Shown here in pieces: positions 42,194 to 51,558 of a DNA stretch of 64,000 bases. The stretch spans positions 10,904 through 74,903 of the forward strand of contig JAYZQJ010000268.1 in NCBI GenBank assembly GCA_036149055.1, in the 5' to 3' direction. Position 1 is the first letter of the stretch; each line of letters starts with the position of its first letter. Both the position numbers and the translations under genes were made by a program. Under the pieces are notes generated by a model, which did not search any database, had not been told where the DNA came from, and saw only the letters and a list, made by a program, of their open reading frames with translations. Source of the stretch: Myxococcota bacterium (GTDB lineage Bacteria; Myxococcota_A; Polyangia; Polyangiales; Sandaracinaceae).

Positions 42194-43150
42194 CTGGTTT
42201 GGCTTTCGTCCATCTCCGCCGTCGCGGTCGGATTCGTCGTGCTCGTCTGGGCCGCCGACCGCTTCGTCCTGGGGGCGGCGGCCGCCGCGCGAAACTTCGG
42301 GGTCTCCACGCTGATCATCGGGCTGACGATCGTCGGCTTCGGGACCTCGGCGCCGGAGTTCCTGGTCTCGGCGATCGCCGCGGCGACCGAGGGCAGCGAC
42401 CTCTGCGTGGGCAACGCGCTCGGCTCGAACATCACCAACGTCTCCCTCGTGCTCGGCGCCTCGGCGCTGGTGGCCCCGATGGCGGTGCGCGGCACGGTCC
42501 TGCGGCGCGAGCTGCCGATCCTGGTGGGCTGCATGCTGCTCGCCACCGTGCTGATGCTCGACGGGGATCTCGGCGTGCTCGACGGCGCCATCCTCGCGAG
42601 CGCCCTGCTCGGCATGATGGGCTGGGTGGTCTGGCTCGGGCTCAAGTCGGACGAGCCCGACGAGATCGAGGGCGAGATCCCGGAGGGGATGTCGACCTGG
42701 AGCGCGCTCTTCTGGGTCGTGGTCGGGCTCGCCCTCCTGCTCGGCAGCTCTCGGCTGCTGGTGTGGGGTGCCGTTCAGCTCGCCGAGCAGCTGGCGGTGC
42801 CGGAGCTGGTCATCGGCCTCTCGGTGGTCGCCATCGGCACGAGCCTGCCCGAGCTGGCCGCGAGCGTCATGGCGGCCCGGCGCGGCGAGCACGACCTCGC
42901 GGTCGGCAACGTGATCGGCTCCAACATGTTCAACACCCTCGGCGTGCTCGCGCTGCCCGGGCTCATCGCCCCGGGGCCGGTCCCGCTGGCGGTGCTGCGG
43001 CGCGATCTCCCGGCCATGTTCGGGGTGACGCTGCTCCTCTTCATGATGACCAAGTTCTTCCTCCGCCCGAGCCACGTGTCGCGCCTCGAGGGGGCCGTGC
43101 TGGTCGCCGCCTTCGTCGCCTACCTGGGCGCCGTCGCCCTGACCACGTGA
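42194..43150 (+). CDS. Ca2+/Na+ antiporter (YrbG-like)
   Basis: Alpha repeats GTSAPE...GNALGSN and GTSLPE...GNVIGSN; probable CTG start at 42194 (GTG 42239 alternative). Confidence 0.92.
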   Translation: MVWLSSISAVAVGFVVLVWAADRFVLGAAAAARNFGVSTLIIGLTIVGFGTSAPEFLVSAIAAATEGSDLCVGNALGSNITNVSLVLGASALVAPMAVRGTVLRRELPILVGCMLLATVLMLDGDLGVLDGAILASALLGMMGWVVWLGLKSDEPDEIEGEIPEGMSTWSALFWVVVGLALLLGSSRLLVWGAVQLAEQLAVPELVIGLSVVAIGTSLPELAASVMAARRGEHDLAVGNVIGSNMFNTLGVLALPGLIAPGPVPLAVLRRDLPAMFGVTLLLFMMTKFFLRPSHVSRLEGAVLVAAFVAYLGAVALTT

Positions 43151-43154
43151 GCCC

Positions 43155-43358
43155 GTGACGCTCGACGAGGCGGTGGACGCGGCGCTGGCCGAGGCCGGGC
43201 TCGATCGGGAGCTCCGACCGGAGATCGTGTCGATGCTGCACACGCCGCGCGAGCGGTGGCTGCCCTGCTGCGGGGGGTTCTGCGATCCGTGCGTCGCCAC
43301 CCTGGCCGGGGTGGTGGAGCGGGCGCGTTCGCTTTGTGACGCGGGCCGGAAGCGGTAA
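43155..43358 (+). CDS. Small Cys-motif protein (oxidoreductase-like CCxxxCxxCV)
   Basis: CCGGFCDPCV. Confidence 0.7.
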   Translation: MTLDEAVDAALAEAGLDRELRPEIVSMLHTPRERWLPCCGGFCDPCVATLAGVVERARSLCDAGRKR

Positions 43359-43391
43359 CCTCTGCCGACCCGTTCGCCGTATGGACGTTCG

Positions 43392-43970
43392 ATGCTTCGC
43401 GTCACTTCCCTTCTGATCCTCGCCGCGACCCTCTTCGCCTGCGCCCCCGACCAGCCGGTCGCGCGCCTGGCCCCCGATCCGAGGGCCCCCGGTCCGGCCG
43501 CCGAGGTCGTCGAGGACCGCGGGCCGCTCTACTCGCCCTGGGTCGTGCGGGTCTCGGACGAGCGGGCGCGCTTCTCGGAGATCTCCTTCAAGGACGTCGG
43601 CATGATGAGCGTCCCGGAGGCGGAGCGCGCCGACGTCTACGAGGCGATCGCGGAGTCCCTGGCGGTGGAGCTCGGGCACGACGAGGCCCTCTCGCTCCCC
43701 GGCGAGGTGCACTACTCGGAGGCGATGAGCGACCCGAGCAACCACCTCTCGTGCGCGGCCCGCCACGTCTACGTCGATCTCTGGGACGGGACCGCGCCGT
43801 CGCGCTGGGGCTACTCGCTCTGGTCCGGCTGCGGCGACGAGGACCAGTTCGCCTGGCGCGAGATCGCGCGCCCCCGCGACTCCGACGCCGCCATCGCCTC
43901 GCTCACCCGCAGCATCGCCAGCTCCCTCCGCGACGCGGTCCGCACCGGCTGTTACACCCGCCAGTGTTGA
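43392..43970 (+). CDS. Hypothetical lipoprotein
   Basis: Lipobox LFAC; GC3 bias. Confidence 0.75.
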   Translation: MLRVTSLLILAATLFACAPDQPVARLAPDPRAPGPAAEVVEDRGPLYSPWVVRVSDERARFSEISFKDVGMMSVPEAERADVYEAIAESLAVELGHDEALSLPGEVHYSEAMSDPSNHLSCAARHVYVDLWDGTAPSRWGYSLWSGCGDEDQFAWREIARPRDSDAAIASLTRSIASSLRDAVRTGCYTRQC

Positions 43971-43985
43971 ATTCCGCGAGGCGGC

Positions 43986-44585
43986 TCACCGCCCCGGGAG
44001 CGCCCAGGGATCGAGCACTTCGCTCCAGACCTCGGTCACGCTGGCCCGCGGCGCGCGGTCGACGAACGGATCGACGACCTCGCTCCAGAGCACGGTGATC
44101 GGCTCGGAGCGCTCGGGCGGGGGATCGTCGGCGAAGGGGTCGACGATCTCGTCGGCGAGCGCGAGCACCACGTCCTCGTCCCAGGCGCGGCGCCGGCGCT
44201 CCGCCCCCGCGTCGATCCGGCCGAGCACGTCGGCGCTGAGCCGCGCGAGGCGGTCGCGCAGGGTGCGGGGCTGCCGGATCCGGTCGGAGGTCCAGGCGAC
44301 CTGGCCGGCCGACTCGTAGCGGAGGACCCACCGGTCCGGGCGGGAGAAGGCGATGGTGAGCCGGCCGGCGGCGGACGGGGCCCGCGCGTCGGTCATGCGG
44401 ATCACCGTGCGGTCGGTGGCGCGGGAGATGGCGCGGAGGAGCGCGCTCTGGTTCACCCGCGTCGGCCCGGGATCCACGATGACCACCAGCAGCTCGGTGG
44501 ACGGCTGCGCGCGCGCCGCTCCGCTCTGGGCCGAGGCGGCGGCGGGAACCAACCCGAGGGCGATCACGAGGAGGGCGCGCGTCAC
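43986..44585 (-). CDS. Hypothetical secreted protein with three W..E(I/V)(V/L)DP(F/W)-like C-terminal repeats
   Basis: Signal peptide ending ASA-Q; DEIVDPF, WSEVVDPF, WSEVLDPW. Confidence 0.65.
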   Translation of the reverse strand: MTRALLVIALGLVPAAASAQSGAARAQPSTELLVVIVDPGPTRVNQSALLRAISRATDRTVIRMTDARAPSAAGRLTIAFSRPDRWVLRYESAGQVAWTSDRIRQPRTLRDRLARLSADVLGRIDAGAERRRRAWDEDVVLALADEIVDPFADDPPPERSEPITVLWSEVVDPFVDRAPRASVTEVWSEVLDPWALPGR

Positions 44586-44694
44586 CCCGCGAGCGTACCG
44601 CGTCGAGGCGGCATCTTCACCCGGTGGCCGAGCGGTCGCGCCGTACCTACCTTCGGGGAAGACGCGGGGAGGGGCGGACGTTGGATGGACCGAG

Positions 44695-45885
44695 GTGAGT
44701 GACGCGGAGGGCATCCTCGGGGTCGAGACCACCCCGGCGAACCGGGTCCGGGCGGCCGCGGCGTTCCCGCCGCTCCTGGGCGCGGTGGCGATGGTCGTCG
44801 GCGCCGCGAGCTGGCCGGCGCCCTTCCCGGCCGCCGTCCTGCTCGCCGTGGGGCTCGTGTTCCTCTTCTCCCTCTGCGCGGCCTCGCTCGCGCTGGCCCC
44901 GCTGCTCTCGCCCCTGCTCCGGCGGCGCGAGGAGGGGACCCTGGACGCGTTCGTCGACCACGAGCGGGTGCTGATCGGCGACTCGGTCCGGCTGCGCACC
45001 GACGACCTCGCCGTGGCCTGGATGCCGAAGCCCAGCCAGGTGGAGATCGTGGCCCGCGGCGGCGACGAGCACCTCGTGTCGGTCTCGGGCCCCGAGGCCG
45101 GCGAGCGCCTGGTCCGCCGGCTCCGCGCGGTGGCGCCGCGGACCCGGAGCTACCCGGTCTCCCTCGGCACCGGCGGCGGGCGCGTCGTGCGGGCGATGGC
45201 CGCCGGGGTGGTGATGGTCGGCGCGTCGCTGTTCCTGCTCGCCGGGCCCGAGGCGGTGCCGGTGCTCCTCGGCGGGGCCGCGCTCGGCGCGCTCCTCGGC
45301 CACGGCCGCGGCGCGCTCCGCTTCGGCGCCGACGGCGTGCACGTCGAGGGCCGCTTCCGCTCGCGCTACGTGCCCTACCGCGACATCGCCCGGGTCGAGC
45401 TGGGCAACACCTCCGGCGCCACCACCTGGCTCACCCTCCGCACGCTCACCGGGCGGATCTCGCTGGGCAGCTTCCTCCCCACCCAGCGGGCGCGCCTCGT
45501 CGCCGCCCTGCTCGAGGAGGGGGTCGCGATGGTGCGCTGCGGCGCGGAGGCGGGCGCGCACGTCGCCGAGCTCGACCCGACCGAGGCGGACCCGGTGGCC
45601 TGGACCGATCGGCTGCGGCACGTGCTCGAGACCCAGGACTACCGCGCGGTCGCGGTCGACGCGGGGCGCCTGCTCGCGCTCCTGCGCAACCCGGCGGCGG
45701 AGCCTCGCCAGCGGGTCGCCGCGGCCCTCGCGCTCCGGCACACCGAGGGCGGCCTCGCCAGGATCCGGGTCGCCGCCGACGTGAGCACCGACCCGGAGGT
45801 GCAGCGCGCGCTCTCGGCGCTCGCCGAGGAGCACGTGGCGCACGAGGCGATGACGGACCTCGTCCGCCGCTTCGGCGTCGCCTGA
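44695..45885 (+). CDS. Hypothetical membrane protein (PH-like segments, HEAT-like C-terminus)
   Basis: Four hydrophobic segments; RVAAALAL...RIRVAA. Confidence 0.65.
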   Translation: MSDAEGILGVETTPANRVRAAAAFPPLLGAVAMVVGAASWPAPFPAAVLLAVGLVFLFSLCAASLALAPLLSPLLRRREEGTLDAFVDHERVLIGDSVRLRTDDLAVAWMPKPSQVEIVARGGDEHLVSVSGPEAGERLVRRLRAVAPRTRSYPVSLGTGGGRVVRAMAAGVVMVGASLFLLAGPEAVPVLLGGAALGALLGHGRGALRFGADGVHVEGRFRSRYVPYRDIARVELGNTSGATTWLTLRTLTGRISLGSFLPTQRARLVAALLEEGVAMVRCGAEAGAHVAELDPTEADPVAWTDRLRHVLETQDYRAVAVDAGRLLALLRNPAAEPRQRVAAALALRHTEGGLARIRVAADVSTDPEVQRALSALAEEHVAHEAMTDLVRRFGVA

Positions 45886-45948
45886 TCGTCGCACTTGCCC
45901 TCGCCGCGGCGGACTCCGTATGTTGGCCCGGATCGGGAGGAACCCACG

Positions 45949-47073
45949 ATGATCCGGCGCCTTCTCGGCCTTTCGGCCTTCGCTTTCGCTCTCACCCTCG
46001 CCGCTGGCGCGGTCGCCCAGTCCGACGAGGACCGGGCGCGCGCCCGCGAGCAGTTCGGCCTCGGGGTCGAGCGCTACGAGGGCGGCAACTACCAGGGCGC
46101 CCTCGAGGCGTTCCAGGAGGCCTATCGGCTCGCGCCGCACCCGACGGTGCGCGTGAACATGGCCAACTGCTACGAGCACCTCGACCGCCCGCTCGAGGCG
46201 ATGCACCACTTCGAGCGCTTCCTCGCCGAGGCCGACGGCGCGTCCCGCCAGCAGCGCCGCGAGGTCCAGGCCGCGATCCGGCGGCTCGAGGGCCAGCTCG
46301 GTCAGCTCCGGCTCGCGATCGCGCCGGACGGCGCGCGGGTCGTGATCGACAACGCCGAGACCCGCGTGGCGCCGATCCTGGAGCCGGTCCGCCTGGTCGC
46401 CGGGACCCATCACCTGACGGTGCGCCTCGACGGCTACCGCACCGAGCACCGCGAGATCGAGGTGGCGGGCGGCTCCGACGAGCGGATCTCGATCCGCCTG
46501 GAGCGCGGCGAGGACGAGCCGGCCGCGGTCGCCGAGGCCCCCGCGGGCGCGGGTGACGCCGAGGGCGCGACCGCGGAGACCGGCGATCCCGCCGCGGCCA
46601 CCGACGCGGAGCTCGAGGCGACCGCCGAGGTCGACGATCCCGTGCTGGACGAGGCGCCGGCCAGCGACGGCGGCGGCTTCGAGCTGCGGCTGACCACGCC
46701 CGTGATCGTCGCCGGCAGCGTCACCGCCGCGTTCACCGTGGGCGCGATCGTCACCGGAGTCCTCGCCCTCACCGCCAACTCGAGCTTCGAGGACGCGGTC
46801 TCCCGCAGCAACGATCCGTCCCTCTCCCAGGCCGAGCGCAACATGGCCCGCCAGGAGGGGCTCGACGCGGCCGGGCTCGCGAACACGGCGAGCGTCCTCA
46901 CCGACGTCTTCATCATCGGCGCGGTGGCGGGGGCCGCGGCGACCGCGTTCTTCGTGATCATCGAGGGCCTCGACGGCGGTCAGGAGGACACGCTGGCCGA
47001 GGGGCTCGAGCTCCGGGTGGCGCCCAGCGTCGGGCGCACCGGCGGTGGGGCGACGCTGTTGGGCCGCTTCTGA
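45949..47073 (+). CDS. TPR + PEGA domain membrane protein
   Basis: Signal peptide; ALEAFQEAYRLAP; PDGARVVID...GTHHLTVRLDGY; two C-terminal TMs. Confidence 0.85.
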   Translation: MIRRLLGLSAFAFALTLAAGAVAQSDEDRARAREQFGLGVERYEGGNYQGALEAFQEAYRLAPHPTVRVNMANCYEHLDRPLEAMHHFERFLAEADGASRQQRREVQAAIRRLEGQLGQLRLAIAPDGARVVIDNAETRVAPILEPVRLVAGTHHLTVRLDGYRTEHREIEVAGGSDERISIRLERGEDEPAAVAEAPAGAGDAEGATAETGDPAAATDAELEATAEVDDPVLDEAPASDGGGFELRLTTPVIVAGSVTAAFTVGAIVTGVLALTANSSFEDAVSRSNDPSLSQAERNMARQEGLDAAGLANTASVLTDVFIIGAVAGAAATAFFVIIEGLDGGQEDTLAEGLELRVAPSVGRTGGGATLLGRF

Positions 47074-47095
47074 GCGGCCCGCGGGGGGGAATGGG

Positions 47096-48847
47096 ATGTA
47101 CAGACAGCTTTCTTGCTTCACGATCGCGCTGGCGCTCGCCGGCTGCAGCGCGCTGATCAACCCGGACGACGGCCGCCTCGGCGGCGAGGGCGACGCGGGC
47201 ACGGCCCGGCTGGACGCGGGCCGCGGGGACGGCGGCGACCCGACCGACGCCGGCGACCCGACCGGCGACGGGGGCACCGACGACGACGCGGGGCCGACGT
47301 GCCCGCCGAGCTGCGACGACGGCGTCGCCTGCACGGTGGACGCGTGCGTGGACGGGGCCTGCGCGAGCACGCCCGACGACGGCGCGTGCCCTGGCGGGGA
47401 GCGCTGCAGCCCGGTCCTGGGCTGCGTGCCGGTCCGGTGCTCGCGAGACGCCGAGTGCGACGACGGAGTCTTCTGCAACGGCGCCGAGGCGTGCGACGAG
47501 GACGCGCCGGGCACCGGCTGCCTCCCGGGCGAGCCGATCGTCTGTGACGACGGCGCCTCCTGCACCGCCGACCGCTGCGACGAGGACGCCGATCGCTGCG
47601 TCGCCACCCCGGACGACTCGGCCTGCGGCGACGCGGTCGACTGCACCGTCGATCGCTGCGACCCGAGCGCCTCGGACGGGCCGACCGGCTGCGTCTCGGT
47701 CCCGGACGACGGCCTGTGCGCCGGCGACTACTGCACGGTCGGGCGGCGCTGCAGCGCGACCGCGGGCTGCGTGGGCGGCGGCGAGCGCGACTGCCGCGAC
47801 GGCAACCCGTGCACCGCCGACAGCTGCGACGAGGTCGGCGACATGTGCGTCTCGACCCTCCGCGATCAGGACGGCGACGGGTTCGGCGCCGCCTCGATCG
47901 TCAGCGGCGGCACGGTCGTCATGTGCGGCGGCCCCGACTGCGACGACATGAACGCCGACAAGTACCCGGGCGCGCCGGAGCTGTGCAACGGCATCGACGA
48001 CAACTGCGATGGCGTCATCGACGAGGGCTGCTCCGCCACCCCGGACGACTGCGGCTCGGCGCAGCAGATCATGGTCGGCCCGTCGGGGACCGGGACGGTG
48101 ACCGGCAGCCTCGGCGGCTTCGCCGACGACTACCAGGCCAACGCCATCTGTCGCCCCGCCAGCGGCGGGCGGGACGCGGTGTACTTCATCGACGTGCCCC
48201 GCGGCGCCCACGACGTGACCATCGACACCATCGGCTCGACCGCGGACACCGTCCTCGCGGTCGGCTTCAGCTGCGACGCGCGCGGCTTCCAGACGCTCTG
48301 CAACGACGACTACGACCGGCGCGTCGGCACCGACAGCCGGGTGTGGCTCCACCGCGTCGGGAGCTCGACCACCACGACGCGCGTCTACATCCTGGTCGAC
48401 GGCTACGACTCGGGCGCGACCGGGAGCTACACGCTCAACGTGCGCGTCGAGGGCCCGGCGGTCGACGGCTGCTCCGCCCCTGGCGGCCCGTTCGACATCA
48501 GCGGCGGCGGCTCGCTGGTGGGCTTCCAGACCAACTTCGTGGGCAACCAGCGCGGGACCTGCACCCCCGGCGCCTTCAACGCGCCGGAGGCGGTCCTGCA
48601 GCTCACCGCGCCCTCGAGCGGCAGCGTGCGCTTCGAGGCCTACAGCGCCGACTTCACGCCCGACCTCTACCTCCGCCGCCGCGCCTGCGACGGCTCGGGG
48701 GCGAGCGAGCTCGACTGCGTCAACGGATCGAGCGTGGGCGGAGGCATCTCGGGCGCGACCCTGAGCGAGTCGGTCACCCCCGGAGAGCGCCTCTGGCTCT
48801 TCGTGGACGGGGGTCGGACCGGCTACGCGCTCTACTACGAGCCCTGA
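47096..48847 (+). CDS. Cys-rich lipoprotein (CDDGxxCTxDxC repeats, MopE-like motif, PPC-like domains)
   Basis: Lipobox LAGC; several CDDG..CT.D.C repeats; PGAPELCNGIDDNCDG. Confidence 0.85.
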   Translation: MYRQLSCFTIALALAGCSALINPDDGRLGGEGDAGTARLDAGRGDGGDPTDAGDPTGDGGTDDDAGPTCPPSCDDGVACTVDACVDGACASTPDDGACPGGERCSPVLGCVPVRCSRDAECDDGVFCNGAEACDEDAPGTGCLPGEPIVCDDGASCTADRCDEDADRCVATPDDSACGDAVDCTVDRCDPSASDGPTGCVSVPDDGLCAGDYCTVGRRCSATAGCVGGGERDCRDGNPCTADSCDEVGDMCVSTLRDQDGDGFGAASIVSGGTVVMCGGPDCDDMNADKYPGAPELCNGIDDNCDGVIDEGCSATPDDCGSAQQIMVGPSGTGTVTGSLGGFADDYQANAICRPASGGRDAVYFIDVPRGAHDVTIDTIGSTADTVLAVGFSCDARGFQTLCNDDYDRRVGTDSRVWLHRVGSSTTTTRVYILVDGYDSGATGSYTLNVRVEGPAVDGCSAPGGPFDISGGGSLVGFQTNFVGNQRGTCTPGAFNAPEAVLQLTAPSSGSVRFEAYSADFTPDLYLRRRACDGSGASELDCVNGSSVGGGISGATLSESVTPGERLWLFVDGGRTGYALYYEP

Positions 48848-49080
48848 GGGCGATCGCGCCTGCGATCCTCGAAAATTCGCCTGAGAGCCCCGGGAGAGCC
48901 CCCATTTGGGGTGAAAATTGACGAATTCCCCTCGTCTGAGCCGAATTCCCGTTGCTTTCCCCGAATTGCTGCGCAGAATCGCGCCCCGATAGCGAGGGCG
49001 TCAGTCGGCGTCCGAAGCCAATCAGATCCGAAAGAACACGGACCCCAGAGAGGGCTCCGAGTCGACAAAAGGGAGACGCC

Positions 49081-49419
49081 ATGGCGAGCAAGACGACGGC
49101 AGTCAAGGATGCGATGACCAAGACCCAGCTCTACAAGGAGATCGCGGAGAACACCGGGGTCGCGAAGAAGGACGTGCAGGCCGTGTTCGACGAGCTGTCG
49201 AACGTGATCGACCGTCACGTGCGCAAGCGCGGCGCGGGCACCTTCACCCTCCCGGGCCTCCTCAAGATCAAGACCGTGAAGAAGCCGGCCCAGAAGGCGC
49301 GCAAGGGCGTGCCGAACCCGTTCCGTCCGGGCGAGACCATGGACGTGGCGGCGAAGCCGGCGACCACCAAGGTCAAGGTCCAGCCCCTCAAGAAGCTCAA
49401 GGAGATGGCGCTCAAGTGA
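49081..49419 (+). CDS. HU-family DNA-binding protein (HU-like subtype)
   Basis: MTKTQL..IAE.TG..KKDV; FTLPG; ARKGVPNPFRPGE; AAKPA. Confidence 0.92.
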   Translation: MASKTTAVKDAMTKTQLYKEIAENTGVAKKDVQAVFDELSNVIDRHVRKRGAGTFTLPGLLKIKTVKKPAQKARKGVPNPFRPGETMDVAAKPATTKVKVQPLKKLKEMALK

Positions 49420-49450
49420 GCGACCCTCTCCGCTGATCTTTCAGCGGGCA

Positions 49451-49493
49451 AAAAGAAGAAGGGCACCCGCCGCGAGGCAGGTGCCCTTTCTTC
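49451..49493. terminator. Bidirectional intrinsic terminator
   Basis: AAAAGAAGAAGGGCACCCGCC-GCGA-GGCAGGTGCCCTTTCTTC between convergent genes. Confidence 0.8.
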
Positions 49494-49510
49494 GTTCCGT
49501 CGGGTGTGGG

Positions 49511-50815
49511 TCAGACCTCGAAGTCGCCCGCCTCGAGCAGCTCGTGGATGCGGTAGAGGAAGCCGTTGGCCTCGACGCCGTCGACCACGCGGTGATCGTA
49601 GCTGAGCGCCATGAACATCACCGGGTGGATGACCATCGCGTCCACGCCGTCCTGCTCGACGACGACGACGCGCTTCTTGATCTCGCCCATGCGCAGGATG
49701 CCGACGTTCGGCTGGCTGATGATCGCGCCGCCGACGAGGTTGCCCTTGCGGCCGGGGTTCGAGATCGTGAAGGTCTTCCCGCTCAGGTCGTCGGGCGTGA
49801 GCTTGCCGTCGCGGGCCTTCTCCGCCACCTCGCCGATCGCGCGGGCGAGGCCGCGCACGCTCAGCTCGTCGGCGTGCTTGATGACCGGCACCACGAGGCC
49901 GTCGTCGGTCTCGACGGCGATCCCGAGGTTGATCTCCTTCAGCAGCGCGGTGCTCTCGTCGAGGACCCGGGCGTTCATCGCGCGGTGCTCGCGCAGCGCC
50001 CGACAGGTCGCCGCGGCGACGAAGGCGAGGTGCGAGAGGTTGATGCCCTCGGCGCGGAGCGCCTTCTTGTGCTGCTCGCGGAGCTGGTTGGTCGCGTGGA
50101 TGTCGGTCTCGGCGAAGGTGACCACGTGAGGCGAGGTCAGCTTCGAGTAGACCATGTGGTCGGCGATGATCCGGCGGCGCCGGCTCCACGGCACCACCTC
50201 GTCGCCGGGCCGCTCCTGGAACGGCGGGACGCGGAAGCTGCCGCTCTCGAACTTCATGCCGGTCTGGCCGCCCGAGGCGCGCGCGGGGGCCTGACGGGGC
50301 GCGGGGGGCACGTCGGCGCGCCGGGCGGGCTGCGCGGCCGGCTGCGCGGGGGCCTCGGCCTTCGTGCCTCCGCCCGCCGCCTTCATCACGTCCTCGCGGG
50401 TGATGCGGCCGTGCTCTCCGGTGCCCTGCACCGCGCCGAGATCCACGTCGTGCTCGCGGGCGAGCTTGCGCACCGACGGAGTCGCCGCGGGCGGCTCGGC
50501 CGGCTCCTTGGCCGGCTCGGCGGCGGGCTCGGGGGACGGAGCGGCCTGCGCCTCACCGCCGCCCGCGCTCGCCTCGGCGTTCGCGTCGATCGTGCAGAGC
50601 TCCGCCCCGACCGAGATCGTCTCGCCGGTCTGGGCGAGGATCTTCGTGACGACGCCGTCTTCGGGCGCCGGGATCTCGGTGTCCGTCTTGTCGGTCAGGA
50701 TCGTGACGAGGGGCTGGTCGCGTGAGACCTTCTCGCCTTCCTTCACGAGCCAGTCGCCGATCTCTCCCTCGACGATGCTCTCGCCGAGCTGAGGCATGGT
50801 CACCGTGGTCGCCAT
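49511..50815 (-). CDS. 2-oxoacid dehydrogenase E2 dihydrolipoamide acyltransferase (SucB-like)
   Basis: MPQLGESIVEG, lipoyl TDK, ATPSVRKLARE, catalytic DHRVVDG. Confidence 0.94.
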   Translation of the reverse strand: MATTVTMPQLGESIVEGEIGDWLVKEGEKVSRDQPLVTILTDKTDTEIPAPEDGVVTKILAQTGETISVGAELCTIDANAEASAGGGEAQAAPSPEPAAEPAKEPAEPPAATPSVRKLAREHDVDLGAVQGTGEHGRITREDVMKAAGGGTKAEAPAQPAAQPARRADVPPAPRQAPARASGGQTGMKFESGSFRVPPFQERPGDEVVPWSRRRRIIADHMVYSKLTSPHVVTFAETDIHATNQLREQHKKALRAEGINLSHLAFVAAATCRALREHRAMNARVLDESTALLKEINLGIAVETDDGLVVPVIKHADELSVRGLARAIGEVAEKARDGKLTPDDLSGKTFTISNPGRKGNLVGGAIISQPNVGILRMGEIKKRVVVVEQDGVDAMVIHPVMFMALSYDHRVVDGVEANGFLYRIHELLEAGDFEV

Positions 50816-50954
50816 CGCTAGAGTCCTCCAGAGCGGATGCGGATGTGAGGCGCGGTATCGCGCAAAAAGCCGTGGGGCTCAAGTACGGAACCTTCCGTGG
50901 CGCGAGGCGTCCCGCTTTGCAAGCGCATCAGTACGTCACAGAGTGAGGCAGCCC

Positions 50955-51128
50955 ATGGCGAATCTGGAAGAAGAGGCCTTCAAGCGGGACCGTCGGTTCC
51001 TGTGGCGGCTGGTGCTGGTCCTGGTGGTCGGCGCCATGGCCGGCGTCTGGATGTTCGCCGAGCTGACCGGCGAGCGCGTGGCCGGCTGCGCCGCGGAGAG
51101 CTTCGGCGGGGTCACCGGCGCTCGCTGA
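50955..51128 (+). CDS. Small single-TM protein
   Basis: GAGG RBS; MANLEEEAFKRDRRFLWRLVLVLVVG. Confidence 0.65.
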   Translation: MANLEEEAFKRDRRFLWRLVLVLVVGAMAGVWMFAELTGERVAGCAAESFGGVTGAR

Positions 51129-51216
51129 ACGGCCGCAAAGCGGTCGATCTGGGCCGGCGGCCGGGGTAGAGTCCCGCCGCACGCGCCCACGGCGCGCCCT
51201 TCGAACCGGAGCCGAG

Positions 51217-51543
51217 ATGCTGAAGCAGCTGGACAAGGAAGACCGTCTTCGCCTGATGAAGTTCGTGTGCTCGTTCGCCTGGGCGGACCTCCAGATCGCC
51301 GAGAGCGAGGTGAAGATGGTCCAGAAGCTCGTGCGGAAGCTGAAGCTCGACGACGACGAGAAGAAGCAGGTCGAGCAGTGGCTCGAGCTGCCGCCGACCG
51401 CCGAAGAGCTCGACCCGACGCAGATCCCGCAGGAGCACCGCGCCCTCTTCCTCACCACGGTCCGCGAGATGATCGAGGTGGACGGCGACATCGCCGAGGA
51501 AGAGGTCGAGAACTTCGAGCTCCTCGAGCAGCTGCTCACCTGA
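51217..51543 (+). CDS. TerB-family protein
   Basis: FAWADLQIAESE and IEVDGDIAEEE paired motifs. Confidence 0.85.
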   Translation: MLKQLDKEDRLRLMKFVCSFAWADLQIAESEVKMVQKLVRKLKLDDDEKKQVEQWLELPPTAEELDPTQIPQEHRALFLTTVREMIEVDGDIAEEEVENFELLEQLLT

Positions 51544-51558
51544 CCCCGCGAGCTGCGG

